Positions 25,730 to 35,265 of a stretch of DNA of 64,000 bases are shown in pieces. Origin of the DNA: Bacteroidaceae bacterium (GTDB lineage: Bacteria; Bacteroidota; Bacteroidia; Bacteroidales; Bacteroidaceae); assembly GCA_900770655.1 (NCBI GenBank), contig CAAGLA010000034.1, positions 84,351 through 148,350 on the forward strand, in the 5' to 3' direction. The position numbers and the translations under genes were made by a program. Each line of letters starts with the position of its first letter. The first letter of the stretch is position 1. The notes under the pieces were generated by a model, which saw only the letters and a program-made list of their open reading frames with translations, searched no databases and had not been told where the DNA came from.

Positions 25730-26272
25730 ATGAAAAAGCACTTCAAACTTTCAGCATTGTTGCTTTCTGCAACTATCGTTATGACATCTTGTATCGGTTC
25801 TTTCCGCTTGACAAATAATATCAAAGATTGGAATGAGGGCGTTAGCAACAAATGGGTGAACGAAGTTATCTTCATCGCTTTGCATATTATTCCGGTATAT
25901 GAGATAGCAATGTTTGTAGATGGTGTTGTTCTTAACTCTATTGAGTTCTGGACCGGCAGCAACCTTGTTGCGAACCCGGGTGAGACAAAGGTTGTTCAGA
26001 ACAGTCAGGGCGAAGATATAGAGATTACAGCTCTTGAGAATGGCTACAATCTCTCAAACGGCGAAGCGTCTATGAATCTTCTATTCGATGCAGAACAGCA
26101 GGTTTGGAGCGCTGTATATGGTGACCAGTCTGTGGACCTCATTAAGTTTATAGACGGCAACAATGCCCAGTTGTTCCTTGCCGGTGGCGATGTAATGGAT
26201 ATTACACTCGACGAAGAGGGTATCAATACAGCCCGTATGTTTATGGCAAACAGCTTTGCAATGAACAAGTAA
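25730..26272 (+). CDS. DUF3332-like lipoprotein
   Basis: ATG 25730 gives MKKHFKLSALLLSATIVMTSC|IGSF. The segment GSFRLTNNIKDWNEGVSNKWVNEVIFIALHIIPVYEIAMFVDGVVLNSIEFWTG matches my recollection of DUF3332. Confidence 0.7.
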   Translation: MKKHFKLSALLLSATIVMTSCIGSFRLTNNIKDWNEGVSNKWVNEVIFIALHIIPVYEIAMFVDGVVLNSIEFWTGSNLVANPGETKVVQNSQGEDIEITALENGYNLSNGEASMNLLFDAEQQVWSAVYGDQSVDLIKFIDGNNAQLFLAGGDVMDITLDEEGINTARMFMANSFAMNK

Positions 26273-26294
26273 TTCGCCTGTAGAATTTTAATAT

Positions 26295-26324
26295 GGGAGC
26301 CGCATCGAATTCGATGCGGCTCCC
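26295..26324 (+). terminator. Rho-independent terminator
   Basis: Perfect 30-nt palindrome GGGAGCCGCATCGAATTCGATGCGGCTCCC followed by TTGTTTTT, 22 nt after the stop at 26272. Confidence 0.8.
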
Positions 26325-26374
26325 TTGTTTTTACAGCTACTATTTATTATCTTCGTAGCAAAGAATTTGCTCCT

Positions 26375-27478
26375 ATGAAACATCCCGAAAACGACAGTGC
26401 ATATAAAGGCCTTAAGGTGAACAGCGGTGTAGAGGGTGTAACGTCGGTAAACCCATACATCTCTTCTATAAGGCGCAGAAGGTTGCCGCAGCTCTCTGTG
26501 AACGACTATGTAGAGGGAATTTTAAAGGGTGACGTCACAGTGCTTAGCCGGGCTGTAACTCTTGTTGAAAGTGTGCTCCCGGAACACCAGAGTGTTGCAC
26601 AGGAGGTTATAGAGAAGTGTCTGCCTCATTCCGGGCAATCGCTGCGGGTTGGTATAACCGGCGTTCCCGGTGCCGGAAAAAGCACCTCTATTGACTCCTT
26701 CGGTATGCACGTGCTCTCCCGTACGGGCGGAAAACTTGCAGTCCTTGCCGTAGATCCCAGCAGTGAACGCGGAAAAGGTAGTATTCTGGGCGACAAGACA
26801 CGAATGGAACGGCTTGCAGTGCACCCTAATGCTTTTATACGTCCGAGTGCATCGGCAGGCTCTTTGGGTGGTGTCGCACGCAAGACCCGCGAGACTATAA
26901 TCCTTTGCGAGGCGGCTGGTTTCGACAAGGTGTTTGTAGAAACGGTGGGTGTTGGGCAGAGCGAAACGGCTGTATGCTCAATGGTCGATTTTTTTCTGCT
27001 CATTCAAATAGCCGGTGCCGGTGATGAACTGCAGGGTATCAAACGCGGTATAATGGAAATGGCCGATGCTATTGTTATAAACAAGGCCGACGGTGATAAT
27101 GTGGATGAAGCGGCTCGCGCAGCTGTCCATTACAGGAATGCACTGCAGCTCTTCCCTATGCCTGCAAGCGGAATACGCCCCAGTGTTATGACCTGTTCAG
27201 GTTTTTACGACATTGGAATTAAAGAGGTGTGGGATGTTGTTTTCGATTATATAGAAAAGGTGAAACAGAACGGCTATTTCTATGAACACCGCCGTTTGCA
27301 ACAGCGCTATTGGATGTATGAAACAATAGAGGAACATCTTAAACAGCGTTTCTACAATGCCGAAGGGGTGAAGGATATGCTGGCGCAGTGTGAAGAAGAA
27401 CTGCTGCTTGGCAGAATGACCTCTTTTGTAGCAGCAGCTAAGGTGCTGGAGTGTTTCGATGAAACTAACAAAAGATGA
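26375..27478 (+). CDS. meaB: Methylmalonyl-CoA-mutase-associated GTPase MeaB (ArgK family)
   Basis: P-loop GITGVPGAGKST, then ETVGVGQSE and NKADG GTPase motifs. 367 aa. Confidence 0.88.
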   Translation: MKHPENDSAYKGLKVNSGVEGVTSVNPYISSIRRRRLPQLSVNDYVEGILKGDVTVLSRAVTLVESVLPEHQSVAQEVIEKCLPHSGQSLRVGITGVPGAGKSTSIDSFGMHVLSRTGGKLAVLAVDPSSERGKGSILGDKTRMERLAVHPNAFIRPSASAGSLGGVARKTRETIILCEAAGFDKVFVETVGVGQSETAVCSMVDFFLLIQIAGAGDELQGIKRGIMEMADAIVINKADGDNVDEAARAAVHYRNALQLFPMPASGIRPSVMTCSGFYDIGIKEVWDVVFDYIEKVKQNGYFYEHRRLQQRYWMYETIEEHLKQRFYNAEGVKDMLAQCEEELLLGRMTSFVAAAKVLECFDETNKR

Positions 27479-28011
27479 GTATGGACAAGAAGGAACTGAG
27501 GCGGGTTGTGCGTGAAAGGCTCTCTTCTGTAGCGGATAGTGAGAAAGAGGCACGTTCGGCGCTTCTTTGCAAATCTCTTTTGAATACTCTTTCAGAATAT
27601 GAAGGTGGAGTAGTGGCTCTCTATTCGCCACTTCCCGGCGAGGTTCAAGTGTGGCCTCTTATAACAGCTCTTTCCCTATCCTGCACAGTCGTTTTGCCAC
27701 GTGTTGAAGGTGATACTATGCGTTTCTTTACATATTCGGAGCATTCTATGGAAAAGGGTGCATACGGAATTCTGGAACCGGTGAACGGCCGCTGTGTCGT
27801 TCCCTCGGAGATAGATGTAATAGTAGTTCCCGGAGTGGCCTTTACCGCAGAAGGTGCAAGAATAGGGCGTGGCAAGGGGTATTACGACAAATATATGTCG
27901 CAAACGGCTTTCAGAGCCGTGAAGATAGGTGTCTGCTTTAAAGAACAGCTGCTTGGCAGTCTGCCTGTAGAGGAGCACGATATTTTTATGGACCGTGTAG
28001 AGGTTGGATAA
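27475..28011 (+). CDS. 5-formyltetrahydrofolate cyclo-ligase
   Basis: KKELRRVVRERL at the N-terminus and VVPGVAFTAEGARIGRGKGYYDKYM near the C-terminus. 4-nt overlap (ATGA) with meaB. Confidence 0.85.
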   Translation: MSMDKKELRRVVRERLSSVADSEKEARSALLCKSLLNTLSEYEGGVVALYSPLPGEVQVWPLITALSLSCTVVLPRVEGDTMRFFTYSEHSMEKGAYGILEPVNGRCVVPSEIDVIVVPGVAFTAEGARIGRGKGYYDKYMSQTAFRAVKIGVCFKEQLLGSLPVEEHDIFMDRVEVG

Positions 28012-28029
28012 ATTGTTTGTTTGGCGGGT

Positions 28030-28070
28030 GTGCAAAAAGGAGTTTAGCGGCGCTAAACTCCTTTTTGCAC
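28030..28070. terminator. Bidirectional rho-independent terminator between convergent genes
   Basis: GTGCAAAAAGGAGTTTAGCG-g-CGCTAAACTCCTTTTTGCAC with 20-nt perfect arms and A/T runs inside both arms. It lies between the + stop (28011) and the - stop (28090). Confidence 0.8.
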
Positions 28071-28089
28071 ACTGTTGTGAGGCTCTTCT

Positions 28090-29076
28090 TTACGATGCAA
28101 GTATCTCCTGTGCGCGAACGGTTTCCTTGTCAATGGGCTTGTCGTCTTTTATTGCTTTTGTGAAAGGTATGTAGACAATCTCATTGTTTCTAAGTCCAAT
28201 CATTACGTTACGCTGGCCTTCGAGCAGAGCGTCAATGGCTGCTACGCCAAGACGGCTTGCAAGGATACGGTCGTTGGCAGTGGGGCTGCCGCCACGCTGC
28301 AGGTATCCAAGAATAGAAACGCGCACGTCGAGTTCGGGGAAACGCTGGCGCATTCCTTCGGCAACCTCCATAATGTTGTAGTCTTTTTCACGGCCTTCGG
28401 CAAACAGTACAATACTGCTGCTCTTTGTGCGGCGTAGTCCGTTGGCAATGAACTGGTTTATTCTTTCAAATTCCGGGTCAATCTCGGGAAGTACGCAGGC
28501 TTCGGCACCGGTTGCAATGGTTCCGTTAAGGGCTAGGAAACCGGCATCGCGGCCCATTACCTCTACAATGAACAGACGCTCGTGCGAAGAAGCTGTGTCG
28601 CGAATCTTGTCGACACACTCCATAATGGTGTTCAATGCTGTGTCGTAACCAATTGTAGTGTCTGTGCCGTAAAGGTCGTTGTCTATTGTTCCCGGCAGAG
28701 CAATGCAAGGTATGTCGAATTCACGTGCGAGGTTGTATGCTCCTGTAATAGAGCCGTCGCCGCCAATTACAACAAGAGCGTTTATACCCTCTTTCTGCAA
28801 GGTCTCGTATGCTTTTGCACGTCCCTCTTCGGTCTTGAACTCATCGCAACGGCTTGTCTTCAGTATGGTGCCGCCTCGTTGAATGATGTTACTAACATTT
28901 TCGGTCTTGAACTCTTTTATTTCTCCGGTAATAAGTCCTTTATAGCCACGATAAATGGCTTTTACTTTAATTCCGTGAAAAATACAGGCACGGGTGACGG
29001 CGCGTATTGCCGCGTTCATTCCCGGGGCATCGCCGCCCGATGTCAGAATGCCTACGCATTGAATCTTGTTTCTCAT
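28090..29076 (-). CDS. pfkA: ATP-dependent 6-phosphofructokinase
   Basis: [27 protein letters not shown] and PGTIDNDL motifs. 328 aa. Confidence 0.92.
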   Translation of the reverse strand: MRNKIQCVGILTSGGDAPGMNAAIRAVTRACIFHGIKVKAIYRGYKGLITGEIKEFKTENVSNIIQRGGTILKTSRCDEFKTEEGRAKAYETLQKEGINALVVIGGDGSITGAYNLAREFDIPCIALPGTIDNDLYGTDTTIGYDTALNTIMECVDKIRDTASSHERLFIVEVMGRDAGFLALNGTIATGAEACVLPEIDPEFERINQFIANGLRRTKSSSIVLFAEGREKDYNIMEVAEGMRQRFPELDVRVSILGYLQRGGSPTANDRILASRLGVAAIDALLEGQRNVMIGLRNNEIVYIPFTKAIKDDKPIDKETVRAQEILAS

Positions 29077-29077
29077 A

Positions 29078-29950
29078 TTATTTGTTGTTATGATAGTTTA
29101 TTACAGCTTGTTTGCAATTCTCCATAAGCCACTTAGGGGTAGAGGTGGCTCCGCATATACCTATTGACGCAACACCGTTGGTGAGTGCAAAGTCTATATC
29201 TTCGGGGCCTTCTATCTGGTGCGAATTTGGGTTCACCCTCTTACACTCGTTGAATAGGATTTTGCCGTTGGAGCTCTTCTTGCCGCACACGAAGAATATA
29301 AGTTCGTGCGACTTTGCAAAATTTCCAATACCGTTCATCCTGTTTGCCACTTGCCCGCATACGGTATTGAACGATTCGCACTCTTTCTCTTGTGCTACGC
29401 TGTTCTTTATTGCTTCTACAATCTGCTTGTAGCCTTCGAGCGATTTGGTGGTCTGTGAATATATATAGGTGTTCTTGCTCTTGTCTATTCTGTCGAGCTG
29501 CGAGGTGTTCTCTATTACTATTGCCTCTCCGTGGGTTTGCCCTACAAGGCCAAGGACTTCGGCGTGTCCCGCCTGTCCGTGTATAATAATCTGGCGTTCC
29601 TCGTTTGCCGTGTCCTGCCATTTTTTCTTTATGCGTTGCTGCAACTTGAGCACCACAGGGCAGGTGGCATCTATGAGCTCGAGATTGTTTCTCTTTGCTA
29701 TTTCGTATGTTTCGGGCGGCTCGCCGTGTGCTCTCAGCAGAACTTTTGCGTTGTGGAGGCTGCGGTATGTCTCGTGGTCTATAGTTACAAGCCCAAGTTG
29801 CTTTAGCCTGTCACATTCAATGCTGTTGTGCACAATATCTCCAAGACAGTACAGGGTACCGCCTGAGACAAGTTCCTCTTCGGCCTTTTTAATGGCTGTC
29901 GTTACACCGAAGCAGAAACCTGAATGGTCGTCTATCTCTATATTCAACAT
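29078..29950 (-). CDS. ispH: 4-hydroxy-3-methylbut-2-enyl diphosphate reductase IspH
   Basis: [15 protein letters not shown] and VHNS motifs. 290 aa. Its stop lies 1 nt from the pfkA start. Confidence 0.9.
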   Translation of the reverse strand: MLNIEIDDHSGFCFGVTTAIKKAEEELVSGGTLYCLGDIVHNSIECDRLKQLGLVTIDHETYRSLHNAKVLLRAHGEPPETYEIAKRNNLELIDATCPVVLKLQQRIKKKWQDTANEERQIIIHGQAGHAEVLGLVGQTHGEAIVIENTSQLDRIDKSKNTYIYSQTTKSLEGYKQIVEAIKNSVAQEKECESFNTVCGQVANRMNGIGNFAKSHELIFFVCGKKSSNGKILFNECKRVNPNSHQIEGPEDIDFALTNGVASIGICGATSTPKWLMENCKQAVINYHNNK

Positions 29951-30636
29951 TGCTCTGTTATTTTATGGAACTCTTCTATTAGCCAGTTCATCTGTTCTTC
30001 GCGGGTGAGGTTGCTGTTGTCGAGCAACAAAGCGTCGTCGGCTCTCTTCAACGGGCTAATCTCCCTTGTCTGGTCAATGTGGTCGCGCAGCTGCACGTTC
30101 TCCAGAATCTCGGCAAAGTCGGCTTTGTCGCCACGCGCTGTCAGCTCGTCGTAACGGCGCTTTGCCCTCACTTCGGCCGAAGCTGTGACAAACACCTTCA
30201 TTTCGGCATCGGGGAATACTGTGGTACCTATATCGCGGCCATCCATAACAATACCCTTCTGCTTGCCCATTTCGCGTTGTTGGGCTATCATTTCCTCTCT
30301 GACAAAAGCGAGGGTTGCCACTTGGCTCACCATACGCGAAACATCGAGCGACCTTATCTCGTGCTCTACATTAACCCCGTTAAGGAATGTAATGGAGTTC
30401 TTTGTTTCTGGGTCTGCCTCGAAACTTATCTTTATCTCGGGCATCTTTGCCTGAAGCGCAGCTGTGTCAACCTTTTCGTCTTTTATAAGCCCGTTCTGCA
30501 TACAAAAGAGCGTGACGGCGCGGTACATTGCACCGCTGTCGAAATAGAGGTAACCAATGTTTCTTGCAAGAGCCTTTGCCATAGTGCTCTTGCCGCAGGA
30601 TGAAAATCCGTCAATGGCTATTATTATTTTTTTCAT
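29944..30636 (-). CDS. cmk: (d)CMP kinase
   Basis: ATG 30636 gives MKKIIIAIDGFSSCGKSTMAKALA (P-loop). It overlaps the ispH start by 7 nt. Confidence 0.9.
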   Translation of the reverse strand: MKKIIIAIDGFSSCGKSTMAKALARNIGYLYFDSGAMYRAVTLFCMQNGLIKDEKVDTAALQAKMPEIKISFEADPETKNSITFLNGVNVEHEIRSLDVSRMVSQVATLAFVREEMIAQQREMGKQKGIVMDGRDIGTTVFPDAEMKVFVTASAEVRAKRRYDELTARGDKADFAEILENVQLRDHIDQTREISPLKRADDALLLDNSNLTREEQMNWLIEEFHKITEQC

Positions 30637-30662
30637 TGTTCTTATGCTTGTTTCCATTATTG

Positions 30663-31640
30663 TTATAAAGAGTAAGATAGGTTAAACAGGAACGACGATG
30701 ATGAAACGTGAAGCTTGCTGTACGAAACTCCAAGCTTTATTTTGCTGACATTAAGCCCGGCACCGGCAGTGAAACCGTCCCATTTGCTGCCTCCGGCCGA
30801 AAGCTCCTTTCCCATACGGTAATTGTACCCTGCCGAAAGGTAGAAGTTCTTCCCTATAAGCACATCTGCGCCTAAAACAACGTGTTTCAGCAACAGTTCG
30901 CTGAAATTATCCTCGCTGCCATCGGCATTGTAGAAATCCTTTTTATCCCACTTGTGAAGATTGGTGAATGTAGCCGAAATTCTAATAGGTGCGTGTGACA
31001 GCCTTTTGGTGAATCCTATCTGTATATCTATGGGCATAGTTTCGTTGCGTTCTTCAAAAGCCTTTACCTGCCCGCCGAGGTTCTTGAATGTGAGCGAGGC
31101 CGAAAAGTCTGAATCGGGGTTGTAGTAGTTGAGGCCCAAATCGACTCCCAGTGCAACCGAGCTCATACTCTCATATTTTGAATATATGAATTTTCCCGAT
31201 ACTCCACCGCTCCATCTATCGCTCAGCAGGTAGCTGTACATAATTGACATTTCAATATCTTTTGCACTGAACGAGCCTGTGGGGGTGTTATCTTCGGTGT
31301 ATCCTTCAAATGTCCCGTAATCGACATACCGTGCGGCAATTGCGCCTACAGAACGTTCCCCGAATACTTTGTTGAATGCAGCTCCGGCAACTTTGCTGTC
31401 GCTCATATAGGTCATATATGAAAGATTTATGGTCTTGTCTGTAACGTTTATAAGGAGCGCCGGGTTTTGCAACGATAATGTTATGTCGTCGTCAATTACC
31501 GAAATGTTGCACCCGCCGAGCCCTGCAGCCCGTGAGGAGTATGGGAGTCTAAGGAAATTGAACGCATTTTCTCCTGCTTGCCCTGTGGCAAGAAGGGGAA
31601 TTGTAATAAAAAACAAAAAAATGAGATTTTTAAGTTTCAC
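30663..31640 (-). CDS. porQ: Type IX secretion system beta-barrel protein PorQ
   Basis: GTG 31640 gives the signal peptide MKLKNLIFLFFITIPLLATGQ. The N-terminal motif FLRLPYSSRAAGLGG fits the PorQ pattern as I recall it, and I also recall a PorQ-cmk neighbourhood in Bacteroidota. ~325 aa predicted beta-barrel. The longer track start (31766) adds a non-signal-like extension. Confidence 0.7.
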   Translation of the reverse strand: MKLKNLIFLFFITIPLLATGQAGENAFNFLRLPYSSRAAGLGGCNISVIDDDITLSLQNPALLINVTDKTINLSYMTYMSDSKVAGAAFNKVFGERSVGAIAARYVDYGTFEGYTEDNTPTGSFSAKDIEMSIMYSYLLSDRWSGGVSGKFIYSKYESMSSVALGVDLGLNYYNPDSDFSASLTFKNLGGQVKAFEERNETMPIDIQIGFTKRLSHAPIRISATFTNLHKWDKKDFYNADGSEDNFSELLLKHVVLGADVLIGKNFYLSAGYNYRMGKELSAGGSKWDGFTAGAGLNVSKIKLGVSYSKLHVSSSSFLFNLSYSL

Positions 31641-31869
31641 GTTCCTAATATTTTGTTTAGCTTTGCAAACAGATATGTTCCATTTCTTTGCGAAGATACA
31701 GATTTTTTTTGTCATTCTACTATGTGATGCATATAAATTAAGTGGTAAAAAAGTTGCGGCAAGCAAAAAAATAACGGATTAGCGTCCCTTTTATTTGTGT
31801 ATTGCAAAGAAAATATCGTTAAAATAAAAAAAAAGATAGATTTCATCGTGTGTGTTGAAAAATATTGTT

Positions 31870-31877
31870 TATTTTTG
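31870..31877 (+). promoter_or_regulatory. Candidate -7 promoter box (TATTTTTG) upstream of the TonB-like gene
   Basis: Exact TAnnTTTG match 36 nt upstream of ATG 31913, in the porQ/tonB divergent intergenic region. Confidence 0.45.
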
Positions 31878-31912
31878 TCGATTAGAAAGAAAATAGAAAA
31901 AAACATATAATA

Positions 31913-32656
31913 ATGAGTACTGAAAAGAATCAAAAGATTAAAGGCATTGAGTTGCTTGAGGTAAAGAAGAGTGACAAGGCTAACCTTGAGTCTAACAGGT
32001 CGGTTTGGTTGCTGATTGGTTTCGTTGTAGCTCTTGGAGCAATGTTCGCATTCCTTGAATGGACAACATTCGAAGATAAGGACAAACCTTTGATGGCTAT
32101 GAACAAGAGTGTTGAAGATGAACCTATCATTATGATTGAAATACCTATTACTCTGCCCGAAAAGAAAGTGGTTCCCCCGCCACCTGAATCAAAGGAGATT
32201 GTCGACATTCTTGAAATTGTAGAGGATGAAGATATTGAAATAGACGAGAGCCAGCTCGTTTCAAACGAAATTGTAAGTGAGTATGCCGATTACACAGACA
32301 CTGAAATTATCGTTGCCGAGGAGGAAATAGATGAGGATGTTGTCTTCCAAGTAGTAGAGCAGCAGCCCGAATTCCCCGGTGGTCTTCAGGCTCTTTATAA
32401 ATACCTTGCCGATAATATCAACTATCCGCGTGTTTCTCGCGAGAACGGTTCACAGGGCCGTGTGTTCATCCGTTTCGTCGTAAATACCGACGGTTCAATA
32501 CAGGATGCCGAAGTTATCAGGTCATCGGGTGACGTTTATCTCGACCGCGAGGCTGTTCGCGTGGTAAGCGGTATGCCCAAGTGGAGTCCCGGTATGCAGT
32601 CGGGTAAGGCTGTAAGAGTATACTTTACAGTGCCGGTATTGTTTAAACTACAGTAA
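31913..32656 (+). CDS. Energy transducer TonB
   Basis: N-terminal TM anchor (WLLIGFVVALGAMFAFL), a short PPPP segment, an acidic linker and a C-terminal TonB domain (EQQPEFPGGLQALYKYLADNINYP...GKAVRVYFTVPVLFKL). Confidence 0.88.
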   Translation: MSTEKNQKIKGIELLEVKKSDKANLESNRSVWLLIGFVVALGAMFAFLEWTTFEDKDKPLMAMNKSVEDEPIIMIEIPITLPEKKVVPPPPESKEIVDILEIVEDEDIEIDESQLVSNEIVSEYADYTDTEIIVAEEEIDEDVVFQVVEQQPEFPGGLQALYKYLADNINYPRVSRENGSQGRVFIRFVVNTDGSIQDAEVIRSSGDVYLDREAVRVVSGMPKWSPGMQSGKAVRVYFTVPVLFKLQ

Positions 32657-32716
32657 TTTGTTGACATATCGGTAGGGCAGTGTGTCTAAAAAACTGCCGT
32701 GTTTTTAAAAACCATA

Positions 32717-32747
32717 CAAGCGGTGTGTCAAAAGGGCACACCGCTTG
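32717..32747 (+). terminator. Rho-independent terminator downstream of tonB
   Basis: CAAGCGGTGTG-tcaaaaggg-CACACCGCTTG followed by CCTTTT. Confidence 0.7.
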
Positions 32748-32766
32748 CCTTTTAAATATTACAACT

Positions 32767-33741
32767 ATGTATAATTGGGAAGAGACAAGAGACATTGTTA
32801 ATGAGTTTATCGATAAACTCGAGTTTGAAAGAGAACCGCTGGAACTCTATGCACCTATAAGGTATACTCTCGCGCAGAGTGGCAAGCGTGTGCGCCCGGT
32901 ACTTTTTCTAATGGCCTATAATATATATAAGGAGAATATTCAGGAAGCGTTGTACCCGGCAGTAGCAGTTGAGACCTACCACAACTATACCCTCATACAC
33001 GACGATGTTATGGACAGAGCCACAATACGTCGTGGCAAGCCCACCGTTTGTGCAAAATGGGGCGACACGGCAGCAATTCTTTCGGGCGATACAATGCTTG
33101 TTCTCGCATACGAATTCCTCTCACACGTGCCTGCCGACAAACTGCCGCAGATGCTTTCGCTATTTACCGAAACAGCAAAGGAAATAGGCGATGGCCAGCA
33201 GTACGACCTTGATTTCGAGAACAGGGATAATGTGCCCGAAGAGGAGTATCTTGAGATGATACGTCTTAAGACATCGGTTTTGCTTGCAGCAGCTATGAAA
33301 CTTGGCGGTATGCTTGCCGGTGCCCCGAAGGAGGACCTTGACAATCTGTATGCCTACGGCGAGACAATGGGTCTTGCTTTCCAGCTGCAGGACGACCTGC
33401 TCGATGTATATGCCGACCAGTCGCTCTTCGGTAAGAAGATTGGCGGTGATATATGCTGCAACAAAAAGACCTTCCTGCTCATTACGGCTATGAACTTGGC
33501 TTCGCCCGAACAACTCTCAAAAATGAAGGAGTGGATGGCTATGAGCGAGTTCGACGCCGACGAAAAGATTGCGTATTTCACATCGGTATATAACGAATTG
33601 GGTGTAAGGGAAATTTGCGAACAGCGTATACAGTCTCTTTTTGCCAAATGTGACGAATACATAGACCGCGTGTCTGTACCCGAAGAGAAGAAGAAATATC
33701 TTAAAGAATTTGCAAATTCACTTCTTGACAGAAACCTTTAA
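32767..33741 (+). CDS. Polyprenyl diphosphate synthase (trans-isoprenyl diphosphate synthase family)
   Basis: First and second Asp-rich motifs (LIHDDVMD; FQLQDDLLD). ATG 32767 lies downstream of the tonB terminator; the track start 32680 spans that terminator. Confidence 0.88.
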   Translation: MYNWEETRDIVNEFIDKLEFEREPLELYAPIRYTLAQSGKRVRPVLFLMAYNIYKENIQEALYPAVAVETYHNYTLIHDDVMDRATIRRGKPTVCAKWGDTAAILSGDTMLVLAYEFLSHVPADKLPQMLSLFTETAKEIGDGQQYDLDFENRDNVPEEEYLEMIRLKTSVLLAAAMKLGGMLAGAPKEDLDNLYAYGETMGLAFQLQDDLLDVYADQSLFGKKIGGDICCNKKTFLLITAMNLASPEQLSKMKEWMAMSEFDADEKIAYFTSVYNELGVREICEQRIQSLFAKCDEYIDRVSVPEEKKKYLKEFANSLLDRNL

Positions 33742-33758
33742 TATCCCTCTATTCAGTA

Positions 33759-34478
33759 ATGCCCTATCGTAGACTACCAAAGACCGACCAAGCACGTATC
33801 CGCGCCCTAAAGGCTGCGGTAGATAGCAGTGTTGTCAATGGTGTCTTCACAAATGTGCTTTCGCATAATACCTACCACAGGGCAAAGGATTTCCTTGAAA
33901 GGTTCTCGCGCGAAGTGGGCATATACAAACGTTGCGTTGCCCAGCAGTCGTCGAAACGGGGCAACGAGAACTACGAGGCTGCCCTAAAGAAGGCGCGTAT
34001 GTATGTGTCGCACTTTATACAGGTATTGAGTATGTCCATTGTGCGCGGAGAGATAGCACGGAGCAAGCGCCCCTATTATGGTCTGCCCGAAAATGAAGAT
34101 ACTGTGCCGAATCTTTTTGCAGAATCGGCGGTGCTTGAGTGGGGCGGAAAGATAATAGAAGGCGAGCGGCGCAGGCAGGCCGAAGGTGGTGTTCCGGTAT
34201 ATAACCCCACAATGGGGCGTGTGTCGGTTGTGTATGAACTCTTTAAGGAGATGCACGACAACCAGCAGGCGCTTCAACAGCTTACGGCGGAGGCTTTGAA
34301 CAATATATCGGATATGAGGTTCGAAGCCGACGAAATAATCTTTGAGGCGTGGGGAGAAATTGAGAAGGCATTTGCATCGCTTTCGGGCGAAGCGCGTTTG
34401 AAGAAGTGCGCTTCGTACGGCGTGATATATTACTATCGTCGCGATAGGGGGGCTAAGAACGTGGGTGAAAATGATTGA
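33759..34478 (+). CDS. Hypothetical cytoplasmic helical protein
   Basis: 239-aa ORF with no signal peptide or TM segment and no motif I recognise. It is tightly packed (17 nt after the upstream stop; overlaps tatD by 14 nt). Confidence 0.7.
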   Translation: MPYRRLPKTDQARIRALKAAVDSSVVNGVFTNVLSHNTYHRAKDFLERFSREVGIYKRCVAQQSSKRGNENYEAALKKARMYVSHFIQVLSMSIVRGEIARSKRPYYGLPENEDTVPNLFAESAVLEWGGKIIEGERRRQAEGGVPVYNPTMGRVSVVYELFKEMHDNQQALQQLTAEALNNISDMRFEADEIIFEAWGEIEKAFASLSGEARLKKCASYGVIYYYRRDRGAKNVGEND

Positions 34479-35265
34479 GTTCATAGATACACATACACAC
34501 CTTTTTGAACCTGAATTCAACGAAGACAGGGATGCTGCCGTGCAACGGGCTTTGGACGCAGGTGTGCGTACACTGTGCCTGCCTTGTATCAATTATGGTT
34601 CAATAGAGCGTGTGCAGAATATGTGCAGCGTTTATGCAGGAACTTGTTATGGAATGGCGGGGCTGCACCCCACAGAGGTAGACGATGGCTACCTTGCTGT
34701 TTTGGATAAAATGTACAGCCTGCTGAAGAATGACAGTTCTATTATTGCGATAGGCGAGGTGGGGCTCGATTTCTATTGGGACGAAAAATACAGAAAAGAG
34801 CAGATAGATGCCTTTTCTTGCCAAATAGATTGGGCCGAAGAGACAGGGCTTCCGCTTGCAATACATTCGCGCTCAGCCTTTGAAGAACTTTATGCAATAA
34901 TGGATAGCAGGCGAGGAAGAGCTCTTAGCGGTGTTTTTCATTGTTTTTCGGGCACAGCAGAAGAGGCGCAGAAACTGCTGTCATTCAATGATTTCTATTT
35001 GGGTATAGGCGGTGTGCTGACCTACAAGAACTCCACTCTGCCCCAAGCCTTGAAGGATGTTCCGCTTGAAAGAATTGTGCTGGAAACCGATTCCCCCTAT
35101 CTTTCGCCGGTGCCTCACCGCGGCAAGCGAAACGAGAGTGCATATATACCTTGTGTTGCAGCGGCTCTGGCAACGCTTTACGGAACAAGCATAGAAGAGG
35201 TGGCGAGGGTAACAACAGCCAATGCCCGCAAGCTCTTCCCTAAATTGCAGAATAATGGATTTTAA
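34465..35265 (+). CDS. tatD: TatD-family metal-dependent hydrolase
   Basis: N-terminal IDTHTHL, internal GEVGLDFYW and ETDSPYL motifs. 266 aa. Confidence 0.9.
   Translation: MKMIEFIDTHTHLFEPEFNEDRDAAVQRALDAGVRTLCLPCINYGSIERVQNMCSVYAGTCYGMAGLHPTEVDDGYLAVLDKMYSLLKNDSSIIAIGEVGLDFYWDEKYRKEQIDAFSCQIDWAEETGLPLAIHSRSAFEELYAIMDSRRGRALSGVFHCFSGTAEEAQKLLSFNDFYLGIGGVLTYKNSTLPQALKDVPLERIVLETDSPYLSPVPHRGKRNESAYIPCVAAALATLYGTSIEEVARVTTANARKLFPKLQNNGF

Noticed and set aside
31712-31933. 73-aa minus-strand ORF in the porQ/tonB divergent intergenic region
   Set aside because: It is an AT-rich, Phe/Ile/Lys-rich artefact covering promoter sequence and overlapping the tonB start.
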